A stretch of 64,000 nucleotides of DNA. Origin: Bugula neritina (taxonomy: Eukaryota; Animalia; Bryozoa). Both the position numbers and the translations under genes were made by a program. The stretch spans positions 7,120,722-7,184,721 of the forward strand of contig OZ037766.1 of NCBI GenBank assembly GCA_964035545.1, in the 5' to 3' direction. Positions 1 to 12,723 of the stretch are shown here, piece after piece. A model generated the notes under the pieces. It did no database searches. It was not told the DNA's origin and saw only the letters and a program-made list of their open reading frames with translations. Every line of letters starts with the position of its first letter. Positions within the stretch are counted from its first letter, which is position 1.

Positions 1-214
1 AATGACTTATTGTCATAAATTAAAAAAATTCAATCCAATAGTAAAAATTATAAATATTATTTGAATCTGCACATGATATTGTATATAGTATGCTTGGCAA
101 CAAAAATTATACTAAAGACTTTGCACAATTATTCTAATGAAACCAATTATATAATTCAGTGAACTATATCATGTCTCATATTTACTTGTGCTGAAGTAAC
201 TTTTGTTAACATAC

Positions 215-1400
215 CGTTTGGGTAAATAAGAGTGAAGCAGTTGATCTTTTCATTCGATCGTACCCAAGTAACACCATTTCTATCAACACACACTGAGAAA
301 GGACTCTCAACATCTGCTGACCAGAGAATTTTCCCAGATGCTAATTGCTTCTTGTAAATTTTGCCATATTTTCTATCAGCTAAAATAACTGAATCTGAAG
401 GGCAGCCAGCAATGCCGGCAGCTGATGCATTCCAGATGATGTCTGGTAAAGATTCTCCTTCGAGTGAAAAAACTTTCAAGTTACCAGGCAGCAGTTTTGA
501 CAAAACAACTTTGTTGTCAACAACTGCAATGTCACATGCAGTGCCCTCAACCTGCCAAGATTTTACAATATTCAATTCCTTATCATATACTACAATCTCG
601 TCCTGTGAACCTTCTAAAGTATTGCCTAATACTATCCAATCTTTGTAAGGCACAATTGTGAAAGGATAATCAGCAAATAAAATTGACCTTTCCACACAAC
701 TTCTGTTACTGAAGTTAATCAAATCCATTTTCCCTTTCTTTGCTACCAGAATTCTATCATCTGAGTGCCAAGCCACATCATAGCAAAGTGAGGAGGTATG
801 CAGCGACTCATAGCTGCCCAGTTGAATTACAGGTCCTTCTTCTGCAACAGCATAAAATTAAATAGCTACTTCACAGGCGAAAATATTGGTAAACCGTTGC
901 GGCATGTGCAGAAATACAAGATTTGCCCATGTAATTTCATATGAATATCAATAATATTAGGTAGAGTTGAATTTAGAATTTTATTTGTTTTCTTTACTTT
1001 AGTTTGAGGCCCAAGTACATGCAAATCATGATAAAACACTTTGGAAACTCTCGTGCCCGAACAACTAGAGCTTGTAGCAACGTAGATCGTGAAAAGTAAA
1101 AAACTTTGAGTTGTTATATAAATCTTATTTACATCAGGTGATGGGCATCAAAACTTAAATATAGTTAATAAATAATCATGCTAGATTTACACATGATGTT
1201 GAAGTGCCTCGCATTAAAACCATTAGATTTGCAATATTTTGCTTACAATATAATATATTTCAAATATGAGCTCTGACTTGATAAAATATATTATTGATAA
1301 ATATTTAAAAAAAGGAGCAATTGATAATAAACTTTTTAGCTTATAAACTACACATTTTAATTTCACTGCTGTATCACATACATAAACACATACCTGTCAT
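215..1400 (-). CDS. Stand-alone NHL-like beta-propeller protein, copy 1 (3' exon lies outside the window)
   Basis: Exon 1 is 1400-1394 (ATG ACA G|gtatgt) and exon 2 is 841-215 (tgcag|AA GAA GGA...AAC G|gtatgt, 627 nt, phase 1-1). Repeated blade motifs (CYDVAW, DIAVVDNKV, PFSVCVDRNGVTWV) are homologous to exon 6 of the TRIM-NHL genes in this window. Confidence 0.8.
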
Positions 1401-2143
1401 TATACTTATAGCTGCCAATATGTTTTACTTTATAGCTATAAGTTGACAATCCTAATAATGACAATAATATATTCAAGTATAGATAATTGAGATAAACCTG
1501 GGAATTGAGTAGTAGCCACTTGGAAAGAGTTTTATTTGCTAGTGTTATAGCGCTGAAAGTTAAGGGGACTTAACTTGAACCTTATAACTATAGTTGAATA
1601 AGCTGCAGTTTCAGTTCATGTGCTGTAATTCTTCCTTTACTTGCAGTTGAGCTTGCAAGGCTTTAGCTTTTGATAAATTGGCAAATGACGAAAGTTAAAA
1701 TTATTCGCTAAAATTGTTCAAATATATAACCAAAATTATACTAATCTTGTATTATAAATAATTATAAAGTCTATTATAACAATATTATAATATATTCTGA
1801 TCATTAGAATTAACATTTAATCAGCAGTTGTCATGTTTTTAAAGTGAAATGTCGGTATTTACAGTAGAATAATTGGAAATCCCGTTTGAATGCACAGTTT
1901 AAAAGATATGATATCAGTTCATAATCTAATATCATTATCAGTTGTTTTTAAAGAGTATAACTTGCAATAAACTGTGTTGGTGCAGTCCGGCTAGTACCCA
2001 ATTTTTAATATATTCATTTTAATATATGAGTTTATGAAAGAGTAGCTGGCAGATTTATATTCAAACACCCATTACTGTAGTTATTACTACTCCTCAATGG
2101 TAGTTATAGCAAAGCTGTGAATGCACAAACTGAATAAAATAGT

Positions 2144-2356
2144 TGTTATAGTGGCACGCTGAGAGTTTAGCTAATGACAATAGCCTATCAGATACGTGAG
2201 CTATCGTGTTACTAAGAGTTGCCCTACCAGCCACCGTATAGCTGAGATAGCTACAAGCTAAGGCAGATAAAACCCAGACAAACAGAGTGAATGGTCACTT
2301 TCATCTAGCAGCTTTATCGCTGGTAAGACATACTATTACATTGTGGTAATCTAACA
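2144..2356. mobile_element. Solo LTR (213 bp)
   Basis: Termini TGTTA...TAACA with a 5-bp TSD ATAGT (2139-2143 and 2357-2361). The insertion is absent from the paralogous positions near 7105 and 13010. Confidence 0.75.
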
Positions 2357-2654
2357 ATAGTATACCTATAGTTATATAATGCATTCCTTATGGTCAAGCT
2401 GATTTACTTGATTCATTTTAATCAGTGATTCCACTTTTACTTTTAGTGTTACGTTTTCACTTACATGACTTCAATAAATCTGATAATATGAAAATCAATC
2501 ACTTGCCTAATCAGCTTATAATGCCAGTTTCAGAGTTTTATTAACTGACAAATGTTTTAAAGTTTATTCTAAGGTAAGCTATAGCCTATAATATTATGCT
2601 GTTCTTAAAGTATATACTATTGCGTGAGTTTTAAATTGTATGTACTATGAAAAA

Positions 2655-2734
2655 ACTTTGCCTTCTTTGGGGCTGAAACCTGAGACCTCAGGCTTGCAAG
2701 CAAGTGCGCTATAAACCTATGCACCACTGGGACC
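2655..2734 (-). mobile_element. Degenerate tRNA(Ala-TGC)-like SINE head
   Basis: The reverse strand reads ggtcccagtggtgcatagg...gcttgcaagcc..., resembling 34382-34460. Absent from the paralogous repeat units. Confidence 0.45.
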
Positions 2735-4099
2735 ACAGGGTATAAGCTCCACACTACATATACTGTGGCTATACAGACTAAATTATTTGAATTATATATT
2801 AATTATATTGATTATTAAAGCTATTACTAATACTGTTTGTATCACAACTTTTAGCTGGCATGTCATGGTTTTTGCCACACCCCTTTTCTCTATCTCTTGA
2901 CTGATGTATTCTGCAGCTAGTAGGTAAAACTACTGCTGCAGGTCTGCTGTCTAGTTTGAGTAGAGCAGTTTCCCTTTAAGATTGTTTCCACACTCCCAAC
3001 ATATTTTAGCATCCAATAGCTTTTTTATTGCCTGGACTGTTCTAGTTGATCATTTGCTGTAATATTCCTATATGACACTAGCCAGGAGAGGTTTGAACGT
3101 TGCTAAAGCTTTCTAGATTGGTTTGATAATTTTAACTTTTTTAGACCCAAACAGGAGAGTTTTAAATTCAGATTAAACTGCAAGTGCTTGTTTCTGCAGC
3201 CCGTATACTGTAGTTGCAGTCAAAGTGCATAATTATACTGCAAGTGAGTGTTTATAATAAGTCTAACAAAATACCACAGTTTACAAATTCTATTATCACC
3301 ATACAGAGATTTCTCCATTTACACAGAGAGATTAAAAATACTATACCTAGTGAATAACGCTCGTAGGTTTTAATGCCATTTAGCAAGAATTGTCTTTCCT
3401 ATAAACCTTTTGATGCACATTGACTTGCTAATTTATAATCAATTATTAAAAATGTACTATGCTGTATGAATTTGCAGCAGCAAGGAGACTCGTGTTACAA
3501 AATATAAAAATTTACTTGTGAACTTTCGTTACACTTTTGCTTTTAGGGTTATATTTTTTCAAATATATAACTTTCGCAAAGTCAATTTAATTTTTTTGAG
3601 ATATTAAGCTGTTTGTTCAGATCTGTATTGGGAAGTTATAAGTGAATATTTAATAATCATTCAATACACCTAATAACATTATTCAATAAAGTATTAGGTA
3701 CCAATTTTTATTCAAATGCAGCATCATAAAATTTTAATATTTTTCACACTAAATTAAAACAACTTGAAACAGTCTGATAAAGTATAAATAGTATTATAAT
3801 GTGACTCACATAATAGCCCAAAAGTTTACAATAAAAATATAAAAAATTGTTTTTATAAAATCAACCAGCCATGCATAAACCTTGCAGATCGACCATCTAA
3901 TCAAAATTGTGTTTGGAGCTTAGCAATGTTTAGACCTGATGTAATCATACTGATAAATAATATAAGACATGAAAATAAATTTGCAAACATATCATTTCTG
4001 TTATATGCAATTAATTATATAGCATCTACACTACACAATACAAGCAGGTTATTGTTATATAAATAAGCTCTATACTGCTACTACATAGCAGCACTAGCT

Positions 4100-6351
4100 T
4101 CAATTGTAATGTAGCTGAAATCTCCCAACACCATTATCATGAGAAACATACAGGTAGTCATCTTGAACCATTATTCCCATTATTTTCCCCAACTTCTCTA
4201 CTTCTTCATTCTTCAGTTGTTGTAGTATGGCTCCTGAAAATAACTATATCCCATTAATGAGAAAAGTAATAACTACATTTTTTAATACAAGTTTTATTAT
4301 AATTTAAAGGTGTGCAAGCTGAGCAGCCGTGGTTTAGCGGGTTAGAGCATTTGCCTAGTAAGGACGGAGTCATTGGTTTGGGCCTGACAAAGGCTATTGG
4401 TGATGTTAGGAAAAGCATCCAGTCATAATTGCTCCTGTGCCTCATCTGAATAAATTCTTATAGCCCTATTCAACAAAAACCCCTTCCATCAGTGGTTTTC
4501 TCACAGGGATAGTGACTATAAATTGTGTAAGTTTTTAAAGGTGTACAAGCTGCAAGAATGTTGTACCAAATGTGAACATCTATAACATTGTAGTACAATA
4601 CTTTTTTTTCGATACTGCAGGCCAAACAATTAAAAGTTCATGTTGAAATACTAAACTAAACTAAACAGATTACGCAAGATCCTGAATAAATTGCAATGCC
4701 ATGCAACCATTTTTGACATTCTTTTGCTCGACCAACTTGTAAAGATGTGTAGTTATCATTAAAAACTTTTCTCTATATACAAATAAGCTAATATACAAAT
4801 TATTATCAGTAATTATTTTACATAGACTTTGATGTCTATAAGTTACACAATAGCTGCATAAACTACATGACATGTGTGTTTTACATAATATTTTAATATA
4901 GCTCCATTTATAATAGCAGCATTTCTATGCTGTTGATGTATATATATACGGATAAGTACATTTCAGGCACAATGGCTTATTGTCATTAAACGACAAAAAG
5001 TTTTCAATGCAACAATAGAAATTATAAGCATTATTCTAATGAAGCAAATTATATAACTCAGTGAACTGTACCATGTCTCATTTACTTGTGCTCAAGTTAC
5101 TTTGTTAACATACCATTTTGGTCAATAAGAGTGAAGCAGTTCTTTTCATTTGATCGTACCCAAGTAACACCATTTCTATCAACACACACTGAGAAAGGAC
5201 TCTCGACATTTGCTGACCAGGGATTGTTCCCAGATGTTAATTGCTTCTTGTAAATCTTGCCATATTTCCCATCAGCTAAAACAACTGAATCTGGAGGGCA
5301 GCCAGCAATGCCGGCTGACGTTCCATTCCAGATGATGTCTGGTAAAGATTCACCTTCGAGTGAAAAAACTCTCAAGTTACCAGGCAGCTGCCTTGACAAA
5401 ACAACTTTGTTGTCAACAACTGCAATGTCACATGCAGTGCCCTCAACCTGCCAAGATTTTACAATATTAAACTCTTTATCGTGTACTACAATTTCTACCT
5501 TCGGACCAGTTATGATAGTGCCTAATATTATCCAATCTTTGTAAGGCACAATTGTGAAAGGATGATCAGCAAATAAAATTGACCTTTCCACACAACCCCC
5601 ATTACTGAAGTTAATCAAATCCATTTTCCCTTTCTTTGCTACCAGAATTCGATCATCTGAGTGCCAAGCCACATCATAGCAAAGTGATGAGGTATGCAGT
5701 GACTCATAGCTGCCCAGTTGAATTACAGGTCTTTCTTCTGCAACAACATAACATCAAATTGCTACTTTACGGGTGAAAATATTGGTAAACCATCGAAAAA
5801 CTATTTGTCTGTGTATACTTTCATTAGAATATAATTGATATAAAGTTGAATTGAATTCAGAATGTTATTTGCTGTCGTTACTTTAGTTAAGGCCAAAGTA
5901 CATGCAAATCACGCTGAAACGTTTAGGAAAACCTTGTGCCCTAGTCGTTAGGGCTTGTAGCAACGTTGATAAAGAGCAAAAAATCTTGAGTTGTTATAAA
6001 TCTTGTTTACATCAGGTGATGGGCATATCATATTGCACAGGCCTGGACTCAATAAAGTGGGCAAAATATATGGTGATGGGCATCAAAACTTAGATATACC
6101 TTATTAAAACAATCACGCTAGATCCACACATTATGATGCTGTATATTGCCCAATCAATTTAGAATCATATAACTCAGGCAAAGGAGTGCAATATTTCAAA
6201 TTTGAGCACTGACTTAATAGACTTAATATTAAAAAAATAAACACTTGAAAATAAAATGTTTACTTATAAATTATGTATTCTTATAATTTCACTGCTGAAT
6301 CTCATAGACTATAGAGAGTATAATTCACATATATAAACACATACCTGTCAT
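4100..6351 (-). CDS. Stand-alone NHL-like beta-propeller protein, copy 2 (254 aa, 3 coding exons)
   Basis: Exons 6351-6345 (ATG ACA G), 5737-5114 (624 nt) and 4233-4100 (GAILQQLKNEEVEKLGKIMGIMVQDDYLYVSHDNGVGRFQLHYN*). All introns are GT-AG, phases are consistent and the frame is open. Confidence 0.85.
4321..4525 (+). mobile_element. tRNA-derived SINE, family A
   Basis: gagcagccgtggt(c/t)tag... tRNA-like head, conserved ggtgatgttaggaa(g)agcatccagtcataattgctcc core and gtgactataaa tail. Five copies in the window. Confidence 0.8.
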
Positions 6352-8671
6352 TACACTTATAGCTGCCAATAAGTTTTATACTCTCTAGCTGGACAATATC
6401 CTAATAATGATAATAATATATTCAGGTACAGATAATTGAGATAAACCTGAAAATTGAGTAGTATAAGCCACTTGGAAGAACTTTTATTTGCTAGTACAAC
6501 AGTGCTTGCAGGTTAGGTGACTACAGTAATTGAAACTCTCAACTGTAGTTGAATAGGCTGCAGTTTCAGTTTTTGTACTGTAATTCTTCTTTATTCGCAG
6601 TTAAGCTTCCTTGGTGCTAGCTTTGTGTAAACTAATAAACAACAAAAGATAAAATTGTTGGCTAAAATTGCTCAATTATTGCATTACTGCAATTTCTATG
6701 TTTTTGTATTTTAAATAATTAAGCTGTTATAAAAATAGTTATTATATTTTGAGCATTATAATTAACATTTGTTTATCGGTCATGTTATTTTTTAAAGCGT
6801 AATGTTGGTTATTTACAGTAGAATAATTGGAAATCCCATTTAAATGTACAGTTAAAAAGAAATCATAACTGTTCGTAATCTAATACGCTGAGTATAACTT
6901 GCAGTAAACCTTTGTCAACAGCTCAGTGATATATTTGTGCTGGTGCAATCAGGTGAGTACGCAATTTTTAATATATTCATACTAATGTGAGTTTATGAAA
7001 GAGTAGCTGGCAGATTTATATTCAAATGCTCATAACTGTAGTTTTTATATTACTATTCTTCAATAGTAGTTATAGCAAAGCTGTGAATGCACAAACTGAA
7101 CAAAATATAGTATACTTATAGTTATATAATGCATTCCTTATAGTCGAGCTGATTTACTTGATTCAATTTAATCAGTGATTCCACTTTTACTTTTAGTGTT
7201 AAGTTTTCACTTACATGACTTGAATAAATCTGATAATCTGAAAGTGAATCACTTGCATTCATCAGTTACATGCAGAGTGTTATTAACTGATAAATGTTCT
7301 TAAGTTTAATCTAAGGTAAGCTATAGCCTATATATTATGCTGGCTTTAAAGTATATATGCTATGTAGATTAAACAATTTGAATTACACATTAATTATATT
7401 GATTATTAAAGCTATTACTAATACTGTTTGTATCACAACTTTTAGCTGGCATGTCATGGTTTTTGCCACACCCCTTTTCTCTATCTCTTGGCTTTAGCTG
7501 ATGTATTCTGCAGCTAGTAGGTAAAACTACTGCTGCAGGTCTGCTGTCTAGTTAGAGTAGAGCAGTTTCCTTTTAAGTTTGTTTCAACACTCCCAACATA
7601 TTTTAGAAGCTAATAGCTTTTTTATTGCCTGGGCTGTTCTAGTCTATCATTTGCTGTGATATTCCTATAACGTACTAGCCAGGAGAGGTTTGACTGTTGC
7701 TAAAGCTTTCTAGATTGGTTTGATAATTTTAACTTTTTTAGACCCAAACAGGAGAGTTTTAAATTCAAATTAAACTGCAAGTGCTTGTTTCTGCAGCCCG
7801 TACTGTAGTTGTAGTCAAAGTGCATAATTAAATTGCAAGTGAGTGTTTATAATAAGTCTAACAAAATACCACAGTTTACAAATTCTATTATTACCATACA
7901 GAGATTTCTCCATTTACACAGAGAGATTAAAAATACTATACCTAGTGAATAACGCTCGTAGGTTTTAATGCCATTTAGCAAGAATTGTCTTTCCTATAAA
8001 CCTTTTGATGCACATTGACTTGCTAATTTATAATCAATTATTAAAAATGTACTATGCTGTATGAATTTGCAGCAGCAAGGAGACTCGTGTTACAAAATAT
8101 AAAAATTTACTTGTGAACTTTCGTTACACTTTTGCTTTTAGGGTTATATTTTTTCAAATATATAACTTTCGCAAAGTCAATTTAATTTTTTTGAGATATT
8201 AAGCTGTTTGTTCAGATCTGTATTGGGAAGTTATAAGTGAATATTTAATAATCATTCAATACACCTAATAACATTATTCAATAAAGTATTAGGTACCAAT
8301 TTTTATTCAAATGCAGCATCATAAAATTTTAATATTTTTCACACTAAATTAAAACAACTTGAAACAGTCTGATAAAGTATAAATAGTATTATAATGTGAC
8401 TCACATAATAGCCCAAAAGTTTACAATAAAAATCAACCAGCCATGCATAAACCTTGCAGATCGACCATCTAATCAAAGTTGTGTTTGGAGCTTAGCAATG
8501 TTTAGACCTGATGTAATCATACTGATAAATAATATAAGACATGAAAATAAATTTGCAAACATATCATTTCTGTTATATGCAATTATTTATATAGCACCTA
8601 CACTACGCAATACAAGCAGGTTATTGTTATATAAATAAGCTCTATACTGCTACTACATAGCAGCACTAGCT

Positions 8672-10858
8672 TCAATTATAATGTAGCTGAAATCTCCCAA
8701 CACCATTATCGTGAGAAACATAGAGGTAGTCATCTTGAACCATTATTCCCATTATTTTCCCCAACTTCTCTACTTCTTCATTCTTCAGTTGTTGTAGTAT
8801 GGCTCCTGAAAACAACTATATCCCATTAATGAGAAAAGTAATAACTACATTTTTTAATACAAGTTTTATTATAATTTAAAGGTGTGCAAGCTAAGCAGCC
8901 GTGGTTTAGGGGGTTAGAGCGTTTGCCTAGTAAGGACGGAGTCATTGGTTTGGGCCTGACAAAGGCCATTGGTGATGTTAGGAAGAGCATCCAGTCATAA
9001 TTGCTCCTGTGCCTCATCTGAATAAATTCTTATAGCCCTATTCAACAAAAACCCCTTCCATCAGTGGTTTTCTCACAGGGATAGTGACTATAAATTGTGT
9101 AAGTTTTTAAAGGTGTACAAGCTGCAAGCATGTTGCACCAAATGTGAGCATCCATAGCATAATGTAGTACTATATTTTCTTTCATACAGGCCAAACAATT
9201 AAAAGCTGATGTTGAAATAGCATACTAAAAAGATTATGCAAGATCCTGAATAACTTGCCAATTCCATGCAACCAGAGTTTGACATTCTTTTGCCCGACCA
9301 GCTTGTAAAGATACATGTGTAGTTTTCTTTTAAAAATTTTTTCAAGATACAAATAAGCTAATATACAAACTATTATCAATGATAATTTTACATAGACTTT
9401 GATGTCTATAAGTTACAAAATAGCTGCATATATATTACAAATGTGTGTTTTACATAGTTTATAGTAGCTCCAATTAGGATCTACATAATATGGCATTGTG
9501 TATATAATATGCTTGGTGACAAAAACTATACATGAAGACTTTGCACAATTATTTTAATGAAGCAAATTATATGATTTAATAAACTGTATCACATCTCATT
9601 TACTTGTGCTAGTTACTTTGTTAGCATACCGTTTGGGTCAATAAGAGTGAAGCAATCCGTATCATTTGATCGCACCCAAGTAACACCATTTCTATCAACA
9701 CACACTGAGAAAGGACTTTCAACAGTTGCTGACCAGAGATTGTTTCCAGATGTTAATTGCTTCTTGTAAACCTTGTCATATTTTTTATCAGCGAAAATAA
9801 ATGAATCTGGAGGGCAGCCAATGATGCCTACTGATGATCCATTCCAGATGATGTCTGGTAGAGGTTCTCCTTCGAGTGAAAAAACTTTCAAGTTACCAGG
9901 CAGCTGCCTTGACAAAACAACTTTGTTGTCAACAACTGCAATGTCACATGAAAAGCCCTCGACTTGCCAAGATTTTAAAATATTGAATTCTTTACCATAA
10001 ACTGCAATTTCTGTTTTCTGATCATTTATTTTAATGCCTAATATTATCCAATCTTTGTAAGGCACAATTGTGAAAGGATGATCAGCAAATAAAATTGAGC
10101 TTTCCACACAACTTCCATTACTGAAGTTAATCAAATCCATTTTCCCTTTCTTTGCTACCAGAATTCGATCATCTGAGTGCCAAGCCACATCATAGCAAAG
10201 CGAGGAGGTATGCAGCGACTCATAGCTGCTCAGTTGGATTACATATGTTTCGTCTGCAACAACATAAAATCAAATAGCTACTTTACAGGATGCAAAAATT
10301 GGTAAAAGATTGTGGAGTGTGCGGAAATATTTGTCTGTGTACTTTCATTTGAATGTAATTGATATATCAAGTAGAATTAAATTCAGAGTTGCCTTGTTTA
10401 TATACTTTAGTTGAGACTGGAGTACTTGCAAATCACATTAAAACATTTGGGAAAACCTTGTGACGTAAGGACTAGGGCTTGTAGCAATGTTGATAAAAAG
10501 TAAAAAACCTTGAGTTGCTGAAAATCTTATTTACATGGAAATATCATATTGCACAGGCCTGAACTTGATCAAATGGGTAGAATATATTGCAATGGGCATT
10601 AAAACTTAGATTCACCTTATTAAACAATCAATTAAACAATTAAACGCATCATGATGCTGTATTGCCCAATCAAATTAGAATTATATAACTCAGGCAAAGG
10701 TGTGCTATATTTAAAATATGAGCTCTCACTCATCCAAATTAATATTTAAAAACAGAAAAAATGATGATAAATTTTTTAGCTTATAAACTACATATTATAA
10801 TTCCGCTGGTGCATCACATAAAAAGTATAATTCACATACATAAACACATACCTGCCAT
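8672..10858 (-). CDS. Stand-alone NHL-like beta-propeller protein, copy 3 (254 aa, 3 coding exons)
   Basis: Exons 10858-10852 (ATG GCA G), 10253-9630 (624 nt) and 8805-8672. Same structure as copy 2. Confidence 0.85.
8893..9097 (+). mobile_element. tRNA-derived SINE, family A
   Basis: Near-identical to 4321-4525 and at the same intron position, so it was duplicated along with the gene. Confidence 0.8.
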
Positions 10859-11754
10859 TTCATTTATAGCTGCCAATATGTTTTACTCTTTATAGCTATA
10901 AGTTGACGATCCTAATAATGATAATAATATATTCAAGTATAGATAATTGAGATAAACCTGGGAATTGAGTAGTAGCCACTTGGAAAAAGCTTTATTTGCT
11001 AGTGTTAAGCGTTGCAAGTTAAGGTGACTACAGTAATAAATAAACCTTTTAACCCTAGATGAATAGGCTGCAGTTTCAGTTCTTGTACTGTAGTTTTTTC
11101 TTTATTCGCAGTTCAGCTTCCAAGGTGCTAGCATTTGTATAAATTGAGAAGTAACAACTTCTAAATTTGTCTGCTAAAATTGCTCAAATGCATAACCGCA
11201 ATTGCCAATTTTTTGTATTATAAATAATTAGACTGTTATAAAAATATTTTATTATATACTGAGCATTATATTTAACATTTACTCACCAGTTATGTTGTCT
11301 TTTAAAGTGAAATGTTGGTTATTTACAGTAGAATAATTGGAAATCCCATTTAAATGCACAGCTTAATAGAAATGATATCTGTTCGTAATCTAATACACTG
11401 ATATCAGTTGTTTTAAGGAGTATAACTTACAATAACCTTTTGTCAACAGCTCAGAGTGATATATTTGAGCTGGTGCAATCAGGTGAGTACACAATTTTTA
11501 ATATATTTATATTAATATGAGTTTATGAAAGAGTAGCTGGTAGATTTATATTCAAATACTCATTACTGTAGTTATTATACTGTTATAATCCTTGCGATTA
11601 TGTTACTGTGGTGGGCTTCATATACCTTCAATTACTGCATCCTTGTAATTATGCAATCGAGAAGAGACGACATTTGATTTACCGTGGGAATAAGAAACGT
11701 ATATTTACACAGTATAGAATATAAAAAAAAGAGTTACATTTAGTTATGACAAGA

Positions 11755-12723
11755 TAGGGGAAACCTGGGTGATATGGACCACTTAAGCTCACAGCCCATA
11801 CTGACAATGTTTGATTGAAAATTAGTATTTCAACATGTGGGTGCTATCTCTACTGACATACAAACAAAATTTGAAGCTCCTATACAGATGCTTGACTGAG
11901 CTATGAATGAAAATTGGTGGACCATATCACCCGGAGATTTTTTGAAATTTCGGGTGATATGGGCCACCACAGACTCCATCACATAAAGTCAGCTTTTTTG
12001 TGTTGAAAATGCATTTTGCTATATTAAAAAGTAACATAAAACAATAGATCTAAAATAAGTGTGTAACAGCTTCTCTTAGTGCCTCCTAACTCAAAGCATT
12101 TCAATTTTTTTGGAAGAATATCTTGGCATCTAAAATGCATTGCACGAGTATGAATATTTCAAGTACCCATTTTACAGCAACTAGCTATAATGTTGTCTAA
12201 TCAATATTTAGGGGTTTAATGCTTCATCATTGTTAGAAATCCTTAAGAAATAGTATTATTTTTCTTCAAACAAGTATATGAAGAGAAAAATTCAATTTGC
12301 TGAGTAATATGGTACACGGTCCATATCACCCCCAAGTGGCGGTCCATATCACCCAGAAATCATGTCACCAAAAATTTTGACTTCCTACAGACAGAGAGCG
12401 GGCAAGAATTATATATACTGTTCGGATATTTATACACACCTGCCACAAATTATCTGTAGATACAGGCCCCTTACTTCAGGCAATTTTTTTCAATGAAAAT
12501 ATATCCACAAAAGTTGTGAAAAGTTATAAGAAAACGAGCAAAAAGAGAAAATGTGTCTCTATTCTTTAAGACGAAGAGACAAGTTTAAAATATGTAGACA
12601 GGAAGTTAGATATTCCTATTTCTGAAGAATAAGACACTTTTCAACTTTCTGGTAACCTTGGATACTGCAAAACATGCATGGTCCATATCACCCGGGTGGT
12701 TCATATCACCCAGGTTTCCCCTA
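11755..12723. mobile_element. Non-autonomous TIR DNA transposon (MITE-like, probably Tc1/mariner-pogo type)
   Basis: TIRs TAGGGGAAACCTGGGTGATATGGACCAC / GTGGTTCATATCACCCAGGTTTCCCCTA, where the terminal TA is a possible TSD. The internal ccatatcacc motif is repeated near 11922, 11953, 12321, 12344 and 12683. It sits inside a roughly 1.4-kb insertion absent from the other repeat units. Confidence 0.75.

Noticed and set aside
4670-4873. ORF considered as the terminal exon of the propeller genes (also 9182-9379)
   Set aside because: The frame is not conserved between copies. The true terminal exon at 4100-4233 and 8672-8805 is homologous to the TRIM last exons.
4254-9017. Repeated ORF MRHRSNYDWML... 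(also the ORFs at 32578-32910 and 45320-45517)
   Set aside because: These are translations of SINE family A copies.
361-10000. Plus-strand ORFs MPYF.../MSYF... (361-648, 5257-5544, 9773-10000) and similar antisense ORFs such as 18225-18728 and 52985-53356
   Set aside because: They are antisense shadows of real coding exons and recur only because the genes are duplicated.
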